A stretch of 64,000 bases of DNA from Gammaproteobacteria bacterium (GCA_965222155.1 CBDCTH010000012.1:2816001-2880000), one strand, 5' to 3'; counted from the first letter of the stretch, positions 11,638 to 24,354 are shown. The notes: generated by a model not told the origin, from the letters alone. Made by a program: numbers and translations.

Positions 11638-11933
11638 CACGAGTCAAACCGGTTCCCGTATCAATTCTTGACAAGGAATACCTGATATCCTGTCCGGAAG
11701 ATGAGCGGGAACAGTTATATGCCGTGGTGGAATTTGTCAATGAAAAACTGCTTGAGGTGAAAAGCAGCGGTAACGTGATCGGCACGGAGCGCATCGTGAT
11801 CATGGCCGCCCTGAATATTGCCAATGAACTGATTGCATACAAACGGCGGAATAAGGACTATACTGAATCTGTAGGCTCTGTGGTTCAGCGCCTGCAGACA
11901 AAAATTGACGGCATTCTGACCAAGGATGAATAG
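11634..11933 (+). CDS. zapA: Cell division protein ZapA
   Basis: VSILDKEYLISCP, ERIVIMAALNIANEL; followed by 6S RNA. Confidence 0.92.
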   Translation: MTRVKPVPVSILDKEYLISCPEDEREQLYAVVEFVNEKLLEVKSSGNVIGTERIVIMAALNIANELIAYKRRNKDYTESVGSVVQRLQTKIDGILTKDE

Positions 11934-11947
11934 AAGTTTTGCAGTTT

Positions 11948-12136
11948 TGGGTATCTTCTGTCGCGTGCGTGAGCAGGCCGACAGAAACTTGAGCTTATTT
12001 CCTGTTATGAAGGGGACTGACCGCGTTATTGTGTGCAAGCCCACTTGAGGTGGGAAGCCTGATGTAGCGCTCGCTGTTCCCACTTGAACCTCTGGTTCAA
12101 GTTTAACGCCTGTAACGGCGCGGCGGTTGATACCCA
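11948..12136 (+). ncRNA. ssrS: 6S RNA
   Basis: Immediately downstream of zapA; closing stem tgggtatc/gataccca; conserved cttgaac...ggttcaag hairpin; about 189 nt. Confidence 0.85.
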
Positions 12137-12165
12137 CCTATAATTGGCATATTTTATATTTGGGG

Positions 12166-13686
12166 TCAGCTCAGGAACATCTTGTATACGGGGTTGTTGG
12201 TCTCTTCCGAATAGTCAATTCCCAGGCTGTCCAGGAATAGCTGGAACTCGTCGGCCTGGGGCGGCGGCACCTGTATGCCCATCAGCACCCGGCCGTTGGC
12301 GGCGCCGTGATTGCGGTAATGGAACAGGCTGATATTCCAGCGCTCGCCCATTTGTGTGAGAAAATGCAGCAGCGCCCCGGATCGCTCGGGAAATTCAAAC
12401 CTGTACAACAACTCATCGGTTATTCCGGCTGCATGGCCGCCTATCATGTAACGGATATGCATCTTCGCCACTTCATCATTGCTCAGGTCGATGACCTTGT
12501 AACCCTTGCTCTTCAGGTTTGCCAGCAACTGGTTTTTCTCGCGCACGCCACGACGCAACTGCACGCCAATGAAGATATGCGCTGCATCGGTATCACTGTA
12601 TCGATAATTGAATTCCGTGATCTGGCGGGCGCCCAGGTCATGGCACAGGGTGCGAAAGCTGCCGGGACGCTCGGGAATCGTGGTGCAGATCAATGCTTCG
12701 CGCTGTTCACCCAGAGCCGATAGTTCGGCGATGTGGCGCATACGATCGAAGTTCACGTTGGCGCCGCTGACAATGGCGATTAGTTGCCTGTTTTTTATCT
12801 TTTCCCGCTGCACATACTGTTTTAACCCGGTCAGGGCCAGGGCGCCGGCAGGTTCAGGGACGGAGCGGGTATCTTCAAATATGTCCTTGACTGCCGCGCA
12901 GATCTCATCGACGCTGACAGTCAGGACCTCGTCAACAAGTTCCCGGCAAATCCGGAATGTTTCTTCCCCGGCCTGGCGCACCGCGGCGCCATCGGCAAAA
13001 ATATCGACGTGGTCCAGCACTACCCGTTTCCCGCTTGTCAGCGCCTGGTACATGCTGGCGGCCCCGTCATGCTCTACGCCTATGATCTTTATCCCGGGGT
13101 TGCCTGCTTTCACGTGCAAGGCGACACCGGCGATTAAACCGCCGCCGCCGACCGGCACAAAGATGCAGTCGGGTTGCCGTTCACACTGTTGCAGCAGCTC
13201 CACGGCCACGGTGGCCTGGCCGGCGATAACCAGCGGGTGGTCATAGGGCGGGATGAAGGTCCTGCCCTCGGCAGCGGCAAGCTGTTCGGCAAACAGCCGG
13301 GCTTCATCGTAGGTATTGCCATGCAGCACAACCCTGGCGTTGAGACGCCGAACCGCACTGACCTTGATCTCCGGCGCCGTCTTCGGCATCACGATGGTTG
13401 CGCTGATATCCATTTTGCCGGCAGCCAGGGCAACGCCCTGGGCATGGTTGCCGGCGGACGCGGCGATCACGCCATTTTGCTTCTGCTCATCGCCCAGCGT
13501 GGCGACCAGGTTATAGGCGCCGCGTAATTTATAGGAAAATACCGATTGCTGATCCTCGCGCTTCAGCCAGACATGGTTGCGCAACACGGCCGAGGCCTGA
13601 TCGGCATAATCCAGAGCGGAGCGGCGCGCTACGGCGTATACCCTTGATGCCGCCGCGCTGATTAATGATTGGTATTCTTCAAACAT
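12166..13686 (-). CDS. ilvA: Threonine ammonia-lyase, biosynthetic
   Basis: LKREDQQSVFSYKLRGAYN, ASAGNHAQG, VGGGGL, two ACT domains (FEFPERSGAL, WNISLFHYRNHG). Confidence 0.97.
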   Translation of the reverse strand: MFEEYQSLISAAASRVYAVARRSALDYADQASAVLRNHVWLKREDQQSVFSYKLRGAYNLVATLGDEQKQNGVIAASAGNHAQGVALAAGKMDISATIVMPKTAPEIKVSAVRRLNARVVLHGNTYDEARLFAEQLAAAEGRTFIPPYDHPLVIAGQATVAVELLQQCERQPDCIFVPVGGGGLIAGVALHVKAGNPGIKIIGVEHDGAASMYQALTSGKRVVLDHVDIFADGAAVRQAGEETFRICRELVDEVLTVSVDEICAAVKDIFEDTRSVPEPAGALALTGLKQYVQREKIKNRQLIAIVSGANVNFDRMRHIAELSALGEQREALICTTIPERPGSFRTLCHDLGARQITEFNYRYSDTDAAHIFIGVQLRRGVREKNQLLANLKSKGYKVIDLSNDEVAKMHIRYMIGGHAAGITDELLYRFEFPERSGALLHFLTQMGERWNISLFHYRNHGAANGRVLMGIQVPPPQADEFQLFLDSLGIDYSEETNNPVYKMFLS

Positions 13687-13748
13687 GCGTATAAGATAAC
13701 ATCAGCCCGGATTTACCACAAAAAAGCTTGAGAAATCCGGGCTATAAG

Positions 13749-13832
13749 CGAGTTCTGGGGACACAACGAGTTCTGGGGACACAATACTTAATTCTCAATT
13801 CCACGACCGGGGACAGATTTCAAATCTGTCCC
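13749..13832. repeat. Tandem GGGGACACAA(TACTTAATT) copies plus ggggacagatt/aatctgtccc hairpin
   Basis: cgagttctggggacacaa twice (13749-13784) extended by tacttaatt; hairpin 13809-13832. Confidence 0.85.
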
Positions 13833-13859
13833 TTTTTCTCAAAGGAGACATTGCATTAC

Positions 13860-14513
13860 ATGAGCCAGCAAAATAAACAACGGGTCGCCCGGGCCGCACT
13901 GGAGTTTATCGAAGATGATATGGTCGTGGGCGTCGGCACCGGCAGCACGGTAAACTGCTTTATCGATGAACTGGTCCGGATCAGGCATCGCATCGACGCC
14001 GCGGTGGCCAGTTCGGTCGCAACTGAAGCGCGGTTAAGACAACATAATATCCCCATCATCGACCTGAATGGCGTACGCGAACTCTCTGTTTACGTGGACG
14101 GCGCCGATGAGGCCACGCGCCACCTGCAACTGATAAAAGGCGGCGGCGGCGCCCTGACCCGGGAGAAGATCACCGCAGCCGTCAGTAACCGGTTTATCTG
14201 CATTGTCGATGACACAAAGATGGTGGACGTCCTGGGTTCATTTCCGTTACCGGTTGAGGTCATTCCCATGGCGCGCAGCTACGTCGCCCGGGAAATCGTG
14301 AAGCTGGGTGGCCAACCGGTGTTAAGGGAGAACTTCAGCACCGATAACGGCAACGTTATCCTGGATATCCACAACCTGTCCATCGTCAACCCGGTTGAGA
14401 TGGAGGGGAAAATCGACGATATAGTCGGTGTGGTTACCAACGGCCTGTTTGCCCGGCGGCGCGCCGATTTGCTGCTAATTGCCGATGACCGGCAAGTGGT
14501 AAGGCTAGGTTGA
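13860..14513 (+). CDS. rpiA: Ribose-5-phosphate isomerase A
   Basis: [24 protein letters not shown]; start ATG 13860 after aggag. Confidence 0.97.
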   Translation: MSQQNKQRVARAALEFIEDDMVVGVGTGSTVNCFIDELVRIRHRIDAAVASSVATEARLRQHNIPIIDLNGVRELSVYVDGADEATRHLQLIKGGGGALTREKITAAVSNRFICIVDDTKMVDVLGSFPLPVEVIPMARSYVAREIVKLGGQPVLRENFSTDNGNVILDIHNLSIVNPVEMEGKIDDIVGVVTNGLFARRRADLLLIADDRQVVRLG

Positions 14514-14564
14514 TCCTGCATGAACGGCGCGGGGGATGGATTTACAATCCGTACCCTGATCTCC

Positions 14565-14681
14565 CGTCATTCCGGCGTATGCCGGAATCCAGTTGAAAAC
14601 ATTATTCCTTGTATAATGATGAAGGTTAATTACTGGATTCCTGCCCCTGCTCAACAGCATACAGGGGTAAACTTTCGCAGG
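14565..14681. repeat. Paired CGTC-type REP hairpins; right arm interrupted by a 29-nt hairpin element
   Basis: cgtcattccggcgtatgccggaatccag 14565-14592; ctggattcctgc[ccctgctcaacagcatacaggggtaaact]ttcgcagg 14633-14681. Confidence 0.82.
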
Positions 14682-14702
14682 TGCGGGGCGGGTTCGCGGG
14701 TG

Positions 14703-15665
<963 letters not shown>

Positions 15666-15701
15666 CTACACACCTGCTTGATATTTTACCCTGGAAACGA
15701 C

Positions 15702-16298
15702 ATGAGTAATGAAAGACAGGCCTTGCAGAAAAGGTCGACAAAAGAAACGGACATATCCGTCGGGCTGAAGCTGGACGGTACGGGCGCGGCTGATTTGCAC
15801 ATCGGCGTCCCGTTTCTCGAACACATGCTTGACCAGGTTGCCCGGCATGGCATGTTCGACCTGGACATCAAGGCCCGGGGCGACCTGGAAATCGACGCGC
15901 ATCATACCGTTGAGGACGTGGGCATCACCCTGGGGCAGGCCTTCAGGCAGGCGCTGGGGGACAAGCGCGGGATCCGCCGTTACGGACACGCTTATGTGCC
16001 CCTGGATGAAGCCTTATCCCGGGTAGTACTGGATTTCTCCGGCAGGCCCGGCCTGGAATACCAGGTTGACTATCCCCGGGCCCGGGTGGGAGAATTCGAT
16101 ATCGACTTGCTGCGCGAGTTTTTCCAGGGATTTGTCAACCATGCGATGGTCACCCTGCATATAGATAATATGCGCGGCAGGAATTCGCACCATATCGCCG
16201 AAACGATCTTCAAGGCATTTGGCCGGGCCTTGCGTATGGCCGTGGAGCCGGACCCGCGCATGGAGGGCATCCTGCCTTCAACAAAAGGCAGTTTATAA
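15702..16298 (+). CDS. hisB: Imidazoleglycerol-phosphate dehydratase
   Basis: DAHHTVED and NSHHIAE metal-binding motifs. Confidence 0.97.
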   Translation: MSNERQALQKRSTKETDISVGLKLDGTGAADLHIGVPFLEHMLDQVARHGMFDLDIKARGDLEIDAHHTVEDVGITLGQAFRQALGDKRGIRRYGHAYVPLDEALSRVVLDFSGRPGLEYQVDYPRARVGEFDIDLLREFFQGFVNHAMVTLHIDNMRGRNSHHIAETIFKAFGRALRMAVEPDPRMEGILPSTKGSL

Positions 16299-16314
16299 CC
16301 GGTATACGCCAACA

Positions 16315-16965
16315 ATGGCGCAGCTTAAAACCATCGCTATCCTAGACTATGGTTCCGGCAACCTGCGCTCTGTAGCCAAAGCGCTCGAGTACGTCGCGGG
16401 TAATGATTATGGCGTGCTGGTCAGCAGCGACCACGACGCGGTCATGGACGCCGAACGTATTGTTTTTCCGGGCCAGGGCGCCATCGGCCAATGTATGCAG
16501 ACCCTGATCGGAAAAGGCTTTCCGGAACTGCTCAGGGAGTGCATCTACAGTAAACCGTTTCTGGGTATCTGCCTGGGCTTACAGACTCTGATGGACTTCA
16601 GCGAAGAAGATAACGGAACTGAGGGCCTGGCGGTGCTGCCCGGCAAGGTGCGCCGGTTTCCGGCGGCTGTCCGAGACGAAAACGGCGACCTGTACAAGAT
16701 TCCGCACATGGGTTGGAACGAGGTGAGACAGGCGAAGCCCCATCCCCTGTGGAAAAACATCCGGGACGATGAGCGGTTTTATTTTGTTCACAGTTATTGT
16801 GTGCAGCCGGAGTGTGAGTCCGACTCTGCCGGGACGACGGATTATATTGTTAATTTCACATCCGCCGCGGCGCGGGACAATTTATTCGCAACGCAATTTC
16901 ACCCGGAAAAGAGCCAGCGCGCCGGGCTTACCCTGCTGAGGAATTTCCTGGAATGGCAGCCCTGA
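16315..16965 (+). CDS. hisH: Imidazole glycerol phosphate synthase, glutaminase subunit
   Basis: DYGSGNLRSV, PGQG, GICLG, PHMGWN, FYFVHSY, QFHPEKS. Confidence 0.97.
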   Translation: MAQLKTIAILDYGSGNLRSVAKALEYVAGNDYGVLVSSDHDAVMDAERIVFPGQGAIGQCMQTLIGKGFPELLRECIYSKPFLGICLGLQTLMDFSEEDNGTEGLAVLPGKVRRFPAAVRDENGDLYKIPHMGWNEVRQAKPHPLWKNIRDDERFYFVHSYCVQPECESDSAGTTDYIVNFTSAAARDNLFATQFHPEKSQRAGLTLLRNFLEWQP

Positions 16966-17032
16966 CCTATACAGGCCGCAACGCCGCTGACACGAGCCGG
17001 CACAAGGATACACGTATAGGAAGTTACAAAGA

Positions 17033-17059
17033 CCGGGGGCAGATTTAGCCTGCCCCCGG
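17033..17059. terminator. Probable bidirectional intrinsic terminator between convergent hisH and HU genes
   Basis: ccgggggcag-N7-ctgcccccgg 10-bp stem with T-rich flanks on both strands. Confidence 0.6.
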
Positions 17060-17069
17060 CTTGTGTTTT

Positions 17070-17402
17070 CTACGAAATTGAATCTTTAAGCGCTTTTAAT
17101 GGCGTTGCCCTTACAGCAACGGTTGCCGGTTTTGCCGGGATGGTTATTTTCTCTCCTGTGGCCGGGTTTATACCGGGACGTTCGGAACGGGCAGGTTTTA
17201 TCACCCTGCTCAATTTAACGCCCATCGACGGCACGGTAAATTCCCCGGAAGCTCCATTTTGCAGATGACGCACCGCCAGGCCGGCAATTGAATCCAGCAC
17301 AGCTGCTACCTGTTTTTTGGTCAGTCCCGCATCTTCAGCAACATGTGCCAGAATTTGTGATTTGGTTTGCTTATCAGCAATAGCTTGAGGTTTGTCAGCC
17401 AT
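17070..17402 (-). CDS. HU family DNA-binding protein
   Basis: TKSQILAHVAEDAGLTKKQV...GINPATGEKITIPAKPA. Confidence 0.9.
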   Translation of the reverse strand: MADKPQAIADKQTKSQILAHVAEDAGLTKKQVAAVLDSIAGLAVRHLQNGASGEFTVPSMGVKLSRVIKPARSERPGINPATGEKITIPAKPATVAVRATPLKALKDSIS

Positions 17403-17708
17403 ATCTGCCCCTCATTTTGGATATGTATGGTTAAAGTTTTATAGTTAGTTAAATCCGTCACTTCCTGTTCCGAGTAGTCCCAGACAAAGCAAATCAAAGG
17501 TCCCCGCGTCTGAGGAAAGTTCCCTCCCAGGTTGCGATTATATTATAAAATCAAATGAGTTAAAGTTAAATGAGCATTTTTTTTTCTTATTGTTATGGAA
17601 AGTCGCCGTACTGACTTGATCGCGCCGGTCTGCTACCGCCAAATCGATAAAATTCAGGACAACATCCTGGTTTTTGGCGCTGGTAAATTTGGCGGGGATA
17701 GCTTTGCG

Positions 17709-19016
17709 TTACCGGTACGGCCTCAGGTAGCCGGGCGCTGCTTCCCGCGCTACTGCCCGGTAGCCGATATCGCTGCGGTAAAACAGGGCTTCACAATCTA
17801 TCGCCCGCACTGCTTCGTATGCCTTGTTCCTGGCGCTGGTAACGTCGTCGGCCAGTGCCGTCACGCACAGCACCCGGCCACCGCTGGTGAGGATTTCATC
17901 GGCGTCTTGCCGGGTTCCGGCATGGAAAACCTTTACCGGCCCGGTTATCTTGTCGAGGCCGTTGATCGCCCTGTCCCGGGTGGCGCTGTCCGGATACCCG
18001 GACGAGGCCATTACCACGCCGACCGCCGCGCGCGGGTCCCAGGAAACGGCGGCAGCGTGCAGGCGCCGGGTCAGGGCCATGTCACATAATGCCGCTAAAT
18101 CCCCTTGCAGGCGCATCATGACAGGCTGGGTCTCAGGGTCGCCGAGACGGCAATTAAACTCAAGGACCTGCACATCACCGCTGGCGTCGATCATGAGTCC
18201 GGCATAGAGAAATCCCAGGTAGGGACTGCCATCCGCACGCATTCCCGCCACGGCCGGTTCTATGACCCGGCGCATGATCCTGTCATGCAGGGCTTGATCC
18301 ATTATGGAAGCCGGGGAATATGCGCCCATTCCACCGGTATTAGGACCTGAATCACCATCGTCCCTGGCTTTATGGTCCTGGGAGCTGGCCAGCGGGACGA
18401 CATTCTCACCGTCGCTGATGACGATGAAGCTGGCCTCCTCCCCGGCAATAAAGTGCTCTATCACGACCCGTTGTCCCGCTGCACCGAATTTCCCGCCGGA
18501 CAACATGTCGCTGACGGCGCGCCTGGCGTCGGCCAGGGTCCGGGCAACGATCACCCCCTTGCCCGCGGCCAGGCCGTCTGCCTTGACGACCAGCGGCAGG
18601 CTCCTTGATCGGAGGTAATCCAGGGCGGCCCCGAGGTCGGTAAAGGTCTCATAATCTGCCGTGGGAATCCCGTGGCGGCGCAGAAAGACCTTGCTGAAAC
18701 TCTTCGAGCCTTCCAGCCTGGCAGCATCTTTCGATGGGCCGAAACAGCGCAACCCTGCATCGGTAAACGCATCTGCAATGCCGGAGACCAGGGGCGCTTC
18801 GGGCCCCACGATGGTGAGTGACACGGCCTGGCGCCGGGCAAATGCAATCAGGCCCGGCGTGTCCGCGGGCGCCAGCGGGATATTTTCGACTTTATCCTCC
18901 AGCGCCGTGCCGGCGTTGCCCGGCGCAACGTAGACCTTGTCCACATCGGGCGATTGGGCCGCCTTCCAGGCCAGGGCATGTTCGCGCCCGCCGCCGCCGA
19001 TGATCAGGACGTTCAT
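17709..19016 (-). CDS. purD: Phosphoribosylamine-glycine ligase
   Basis: [44 protein letters not shown]. Confidence 0.98.
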   Translation of the reverse strand: MNVLIIGGGGREHALAWKAAQSPDVDKVYVAPGNAGTALEDKVENIPLAPADTPGLIAFARRQAVSLTIVGPEAPLVSGIADAFTDAGLRCFGPSKDAARLEGSKSFSKVFLRRHGIPTADYETFTDLGAALDYLRSRSLPLVVKADGLAAGKGVIVARTLADARRAVSDMLSGGKFGAAGQRVVIEHFIAGEEASFIVISDGENVVPLASSQDHKARDDGDSGPNTGGMGAYSPASIMDQALHDRIMRRVIEPAVAGMRADGSPYLGFLYAGLMIDASGDVQVLEFNCRLGDPETQPVMMRLQGDLAALCDMALTRRLHAAAVSWDPRAAVGVVMASSGYPDSATRDRAINGLDKITGPVKVFHAGTRQDADEILTSGGRVLCVTALADDVTSARNKAYEAVRAIDCEALFYRSDIGYRAVAREAAPGYLRPYR

Positions 19017-19020
19017 ATTC

Positions 19021-20583
19021 TCAATGGCGAAAATGTCTCATTGAGGTGAACACCATTGCCATGCCGTGTTCATCCACCGCCGCGATCACCTCTTTATCGC
19101 GCACCGACCCTCCCGGCTGTATGACAGCCTTGATACCTGACTCCGCAGCGGCATCGATGCCGTCCCTGAATGGAAAAAACGCATCCGACGCCATCACCGC
19201 GCCGGCAACCTGCAAGCCCGCGTCGGCTGCCTTGAGCGCGGCGATACGGGCGCTGTAGATCCGGCTCATCTGGCCGGCGCCGATCCCTATAGTCCGGCGC
19301 CGGCCGGCATAGACAATGGCATTGGACTTGACGTATTTCACCACTTGCCAGGCGAACAACATATCATCCAGTTCCGCGGCATCCGGCATACGGCTGGATA
19401 CCACCTTTAATTGTTCCGGCTTGAGCATTCCCGTATCAGCGTCCTGGACCAATAAGCCGCCACTGACGCGTTTCAGCTCAAGCTGCCCGGGCTGGCGCGC
19501 CCGCGCGCCGGTAACCAGTACGCGTATCCCGGACTTTGTTCCTGTTATCGGCAGGACGCCGTCTTCCAGGTCCGGCGCCAGGATGACTTCCACGAATTGC
19601 CGCTCAATGATGGTTTGCGCGGTCTCCTTATCCAGGCTGTGGTTGAAGGCGATGATGCCGCCGAACGCGGAAACCGGATCGGTGGCGTAGGCCGCGTTAT
19701 AAGCATCGAGCAGCGAACCGCCTGCCGCTACACCACAGGGGTTGGCGTGCTTGACTATGACACAGGCAGGATCGTTAAAACCCAATACACATTCCAGGGC
19801 GGCATCGGCGTCGGCAAGATTGTTGTAGGAAAGCGCCTTGCCCTGCAACTGGCGGGCGCCGGCCAGGGTTCCGGCGGGGGGTTTCGGTTCCGTGTAGAAG
19901 GCCGCGGTTTGATGGGGATTCTCCCCATAGCGCAACTGTTCGGCAAGGTTAAACTGCATTGAGTAGGTGTCGGGGTAATTCCTGGCGCTGCCCTGGTGGT
20001 CCGTTGCGCCCAGGTAATTTGCCACGTTGGCATCGTAGTTCGCGCTATGGGAGAAGGCTTTCTGCGCCAGCCTGAAACAGGTCGGGACACTCAGCCGGTT
20101 GTCGTTTTCCCGTAACTCTTTCAATACACCGGCGTAATCTTCGACGTCAACGAGGACCCCGGTGTATTCATAATTTTTGGCCGCCGCCCTGAGCATGGTC
20201 GGCCCGCCTATATCGATATTCTCTATCGCTTCGGCCAGGCTACAGTCAGGGCGCTTGACGGTCGCTTCAAACGGATACAGGTTGACGATAACGAGATCGA
20301 TCGGCGCAATATCGAGCTGTTCCATGATCGCGTCGTCCCGGCCGCGTCGCCCCAGCAGGCCGCCGTGAATCTTCGGGTGCAGTGTTTTTACCCTGCCGTC
20401 CATTATCTCGGGAAACCCGGTATAGGCCGATACATCCGTCACCGGAATACTATGGGATTGCAGCAGTCTGAAGGTGCCGCCGGTAGAGATGATGACGATG
20501 CCCAGTCGCTCAAGATCGCGACTGAATTCCACGATGCCGGATTTGTCCGAGACGCTGATCAGTGCGCGCCTTACACTCACCAT
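19021..20583 (-). CDS. purH: Bifunctional AICAR transformylase/IMP cyclohydrolase
   Basis: [42 protein letters not shown]. Confidence 0.98.
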   Translation of the reverse strand: MVSVRRALISVSDKSGIVEFSRDLERLGIVIISTGGTFRLLQSHSIPVTDVSAYTGFPEIMDGRVKTLHPKIHGGLLGRRGRDDAIMEQLDIAPIDLVIVNLYPFEATVKRPDCSLAEAIENIDIGGPTMLRAAAKNYEYTGVLVDVEDYAGVLKELRENDNRLSVPTCFRLAQKAFSHSANYDANVANYLGATDHQGSARNYPDTYSMQFNLAEQLRYGENPHQTAAFYTEPKPPAGTLAGARQLQGKALSYNNLADADAALECVLGFNDPACVIVKHANPCGVAAGGSLLDAYNAAYATDPVSAFGGIIAFNHSLDKETAQTIIERQFVEVILAPDLEDGVLPITGTKSGIRVLVTGARARQPGQLELKRVSGGLLVQDADTGMLKPEQLKVVSSRMPDAAELDDMLFAWQVVKYVKSNAIVYAGRRRTIGIGAGQMSRIYSARIAALKAADAGLQVAGAVMASDAFFPFRDGIDAAAESGIKAVIQPGGSVRDKEVIAAVDEHGMAMVFTSMRHFRH

Positions 20584-20584
20584 A

Positions 20585-20857
20585 TCAGCGGACTATACCG
20601 TATTTCTTCAATCGTCCCAGTACCGTACCCCGGTTCAAGCCCAGTGCTTGTGCGGTACGGCTTATGTTGCCGTTGTAGTGATTCAATACAACTTCAAACA
20701 GCGGTTTTTCGGCTTGGGAAATGACGAGTTCATACAGATCGGAGGTATCTTCTCCCTCCAGATCGTTAAAATAATTATGCAAGGCCTGTTCCACGCATCC
20801 ACTCAGGGATTGAGCAGTGGAATTTCGCTTTGTTGAATCCTGTTTGGTCGACGTCAT
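20585..20857 (-). CDS. fis: Fis family nucleoid protein/transcriptional regulator
   Basis: [13 protein letters not shown]...[16 protein letters not shown]...LKKYG; upstream of purH. Confidence 0.88.
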   Translation of the reverse strand: MTSTKQDSTKRNSTAQSLSGCVEQALHNYFNDLEGEDTSDLYELVISQAEKPLFEVVLNHYNGNISRTAQALGLNRGTVLGRLKKYGIVR

Positions 20858-20968
20858 TTATATTTTGCTTCGGTATAAGATTTTAATCCTTATCTATACC
20901 TTTTTTCCCCTGATTTTCACAATAGCAACCAATGCGCGTTCATGCAATCCCTTTTGGCGAACAACCTG

Positions 20969-21898
20969 TCAATGAAACTGAAATTCAAAACTTACGGCCT
21001 GTTGTGCGGCGCCGGCCAGTTCCAGGACAAAGTGAATCGGCATGCCGGGAGGCATGCCGGCAGCGGGATTGGCAGCCAGCCCAAGGTAGCCGGCAGGTTT
21101 GAAACGCCCTTGGGAAATCACCTGTCCGTTGGTCGCATAGATAACCAGTTCAATCTGCGGGTAGCGCTGGATATATTCGGCCTGGTTGACCAGGGTAGCG
21201 CGCACCAGCAGGGCATCCCGGAAGCGCGGGTGCAGCCGTACTTCCCGGTTCAACAGCTTGATGGCCGACAGGTCGCGAAAACGGATCACGTCACACTGTA
21301 ACCTTTCACAGAGCCGTTCCGCCCAGAGTGTCAACGCCGGGTACTCGCGCAGCAGGCAGTCCCGGTTGAACCAGGCGACCTGCGCAAGCGCGATCATTGA
21401 CAGGAGAATAATCATGCCGGCCCAGATGAAGCGTGAGGACGAAGCGGTGGTTTTCTCAGCTTCGTAGTCAAGGGCCGGCGACAACTCTGCCGGCAGTTCG
21501 CGGTCTTGCCCGGCATCCGCCGTTTCGGCCTCAGTCGCCTCCTGCTGCGGCTCAGTTGCCTCATCCGCTAATTGAACGCCCGGCGCCGGCGCGTGTTCCG
21601 GTTCAGCGCCTGCAAGGGGGGGTTGATCTTGCTGCGCGGCTGCCGCTTCGGCTTGCGCCTCGTCCTGTTGCTCTACAATTACATCATCAGGCTGTTGAGT
21701 TGGCTTAGCCGGGGCGCTCTTCTGTTCCGTATCGGAGTGTGCCGGCGGCGCTTGTTTTACAGGCGCATCGTGGAGTCGCTCCAGTGCATAAAACGTTTCT
21801 GCACAGTAACCGCATCTTACCCAACCGTCGGCTGCCTTCAGTTGCGCGGCGCGGATACGAAACAGGCGCTCACAGGATGGACAATCTGTAAACATCAC
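20969..21898 (-). CDS. Zinc-ribbon and DUF3426 domain membrane protein
   Basis: N-terminal CPSC...VRCGYC zinc ribbon, acidic linker, TM helix, C-terminal beta domain; conserved position between accC and fis. Confidence 0.85.
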   Translation of the reverse strand: MMFTDCPSCERLFRIRAAQLKAADGWVRCGYCAETFYALERLHDAPVKQAPPAHSDTEQKSAPAKPTQQPDDVIVEQQDEAQAEAAAAQQDQPPLAGAEPEHAPAPGVQLADEATEPQQEATEAETADAGQDRELPAELSPALDYEAEKTTASSSRFIWAGMIILLSMIALAQVAWFNRDCLLREYPALTLWAERLCERLQCDVIRFRDLSAIKLLNREVRLHPRFRDALLVRATLVNQAEYIQRYPQIELVIYATNGQVISQGRFKPAGYLGLAANPAAGMPPGMPIHFVLELAGAAQQAVSFEFQFH

Positions 21899-21912
21899 GC
21901 GTGTGCCGGTCT

Positions 21913-23256
21913 TTATGTGAGACCGAGTTTGTTTTCCAGGTAGTGGATATCGGTGCCCCCGGCAATGAACGCCGCGTCATCCAGCAATCTTTGCAGCACA
22001 GGAATATTGGTGCTGATGCCTTCTATGACCAATTCCGATAGTGCGGTAGACATCCGCGCCAGGGCCAGTTCCCGGGTCTCCCCGTGCGCAATCAACTTTG
22101 CGATCATGGAATCGTAGTGAGGTGGTATGCGATAGCCGTCATAAATATGCGTCTCCATGCGGATCCCCGGTCCACCGGGCTGGTGGAAATGGCTGATCCG
22201 GCCGGGTGACGGCATAAATGTATTCGGATCTTCCGCCTGGATACGGCATTCAAGCGCGTGACCGCGCAACTGGATGTCATCCTGTTGATAACCAAGCGTT
22301 GCGCTGGACGCAATGCGCAGTTGTTCCTTGACGATATCAACGCCGGTCACCATTTCAGTGACGGGGTGTTCCACCTGGATGCGGGTATTCATTTCTATAA
22401 AATAAAATTCTCCGTCCTGATACAGAAATTCCACCGTACCGGCGCCGCGATACCCCATCGCCTTACAGGCAAGGACACAGGTATTGCCGATTTTCTCGCG
22501 CATTTCATCTGTAATTCCAACCGCCGGCGCTTCTTCAATAATCTTCTGGTGACGCCTCTGCATAGAGCAGTCCCGTTCTCCCAGGTGGATGACGTTGCCG
22601 GTTCCATCCGCCAGAATTTGTATCTCGATGTGGCGCGGATGGTCGAGAAATTTTTCCATGTACAAGGTGTCATCGCCAAAGGCGGCAGCCGCCTCCGCGC
22701 GGGTCACCGCCACGGCATTGCGCAGGGTTGCCTCACTACGCACTATCCGCATTCCGCGTCCGCCGCCGCCGGCGGCAGCCTTAATCATGACCGGGTAACC
22801 CAGCTCCCTGGCAGTCCTGCCAATCTCGTCAATATCATCACCGATACTGCCGCTGGAACCGGGGACGCAAGGTATCTTGAATTTTTTCATCTCTTCCCGG
22901 GCCGAGATTTTACTTCCCATCAAACGGATGGTTTCAGCACGGGGCCCGATGAATATAAAACCGCTTTCCTCAACCCGTTCGGCAAAATCAGCATTTTCAG
23001 CCAGGAACCCGTAACCCGGATGAATCGCCACGGCATCGGTGACCTCAGCCGCACTGATTACGGCAGGGATATTCAGGTAACTGCCGGCAGCCGCGGCCGG
23101 ACCGATACATACGGCCTCATCAGCCAACAGCACGTGCTTCTGCTCCCGGTCCACTTCGGAGAAAACCGCTACGGTTTTTATGCCGAGCTCGCGACAGGAA
23201 CGCAGGATGCGCAGGGCAATCTCGCCGCGGTTGGCAATGACCACTTTTCCAAGCAT
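21913..23256 (-). CDS. accC: Acetyl-CoA carboxylase biotin carboxylase
   Basis: [41 protein letters not shown]. Confidence 0.98.
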   Translation of the reverse strand: MLGKVVIANRGEIALRILRSCRELGIKTVAVFSEVDREQKHVLLADEAVCIGPAAAAGSYLNIPAVISAAEVTDAVAIHPGYGFLAENADFAERVEESGFIFIGPRAETIRLMGSKISAREEMKKFKIPCVPGSSGSIGDDIDEIGRTARELGYPVMIKAAAGGGGRGMRIVRSEATLRNAVAVTRAEAAAAFGDDTLYMEKFLDHPRHIEIQILADGTGNVIHLGERDCSMQRRHQKIIEEAPAVGITDEMREKIGNTCVLACKAMGYRGAGTVEFLYQDGEFYFIEMNTRIQVEHPVTEMVTGVDIVKEQLRIASSATLGYQQDDIQLRGHALECRIQAEDPNTFMPSPGRISHFHQPGGPGIRMETHIYDGYRIPPHYDSMIAKLIAHGETRELALARMSTALSELVIEGISTNIPVLQRLLDDAAFIAGGTDIHYLENKLGLT

Positions 23257-23315
23257 GGTTATTTATCTACAAACTCAGCCACAGGACTCAACAGGCCTGC
23301 CATGGAAACACGGTT

Positions 23316-23786
23316 TTACTGATTACGGATAATGAACAAGGGTTGACCATACTCAACCGGATCGCCATTTGCGACCATGATACGACTGACGACACCGGCT
23401 TTTTCGGATTCAACCTGGTTCATGATCTTCATCGCTTCGATGATACAGAGTACGTCGCCCTTATTTACGGTCTGACCCAGTTCGACAAAAGACGGTTTAT
23501 TCGGCGCCTGGGCCTCGTAGAAGATCCCCACCATGGGCGAACGCACCAGGTTATCCTCGGGCTCGTCCGCTTCAGACGCTTCAGCGCCCGGCGCAGCTTC
23601 CGTTACGGCGGCATTGTGTTGACCCGCGGCCGCTATCTCCCTGGCCGGTACAGTGGCGGTACCCTGCGCAGGCGCGTGCCTGTTGCGGCTGACTCTGACT
23701 GAATCCTTGTCCTCGTGAATCTCGATTTCATCAATAGCGGATTCTTCCAGCATCTCAATCAATTTTTTAACTTTTCTTATATCCAT
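23316..23786 (-). CDS. accB: Biotin carboxyl carrier protein
   Basis: MDIRKVKKLIE start; EAMKIMN biotinylation motif. Confidence 0.97.
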   Translation of the reverse strand: MDIRKVKKLIEMLEESAIDEIEIHEDKDSVRVSRNRHAPAQGTATVPAREIAAAGQHNAAVTEAAPGAEASEADEPEDNLVRSPMVGIFYEAQAPNKPSFVELGQTVNKGDVLCIIEAMKIMNQVESEKAGVVSRIMVANGDPVEYGQPLFIIRNQ

Positions 23787-23791
23787 GCCGG

Positions 23792-24232
23792 TTACCCTGG
23801 TAATTTTTCCGCAGCCACCTGCAACGCCAGATGATAACCTGCCGCGCCGGCGCCACTGAGCACTGCTGTTGCCAGGTCCGACAGGTAGGAATGGCGTCTG
23901 AATTCCTCCCGGGCAAACACATTGGACAGGTGGACTTCAATGAACGGGATGGAGACCCCGGAAAAAGCATCCCGCAAGGCGATGCTGGTATGGGTAAATG
24001 CGCCGGGATTGATAATGATGAACTCGACCCCTTGCTTTTTTGCCTGATGGATTCTGTCAATCAGGTCATGCTCGGCATTGGACTGATAGCAAACCAGGCT
24101 GTGACCCAGTCGTGCGGCGTCCGCAACCAGGTCCTGGTTGATATCTTCCAGGGTCGCCGTCCCGTAAATCTCCGGCTCCCGCTCCCCAAGCAGGTTCAGG
24201 TTGGGCCCATGCAATACCAATAGTTTCGCCAT
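23792..24232 (-). CDS. aroQ: Type II 3-dehydroquinate dehydratase
   Basis: [33 protein letters not shown]. Confidence 0.97.
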   Translation of the reverse strand: MAKLLVLHGPNLNLLGEREPEIYGTATLEDINQDLVADAARLGHSLVCYQSNAEHDLIDRIHQAKKQGVEFIIINPGAFTHTSIALRDAFSGVSIPFIEVHLSNVFAREEFRRHSYLSDLATAVLSGAGAAGYHLALQVAAEKLPG

Positions 24233-24354
24233 AACAGTTTTATTTTCAGATGAAATCAGGAATTTTCGCTACATTTTGCCACATAATAGCAGAATATAGC
24301 CGAATTTAAACATAAAAAGGGGTGGCTGTTATTTCAGCCCTTTATCGGAACGCC

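Noticed and set aside
9816-13793. Repeated ggggacacaatacttaatt units as a CRISPR array
   Set aside because: Copies are irregularly spaced, in both orientations, without unique equal-length spacers, and no cas genes are present.
17041-17062. agcctgcccccggc as a sixth copy of the mini-element
   Set aside because: It lacks the closing arm and is fully explained as one side of the terminator hairpin.
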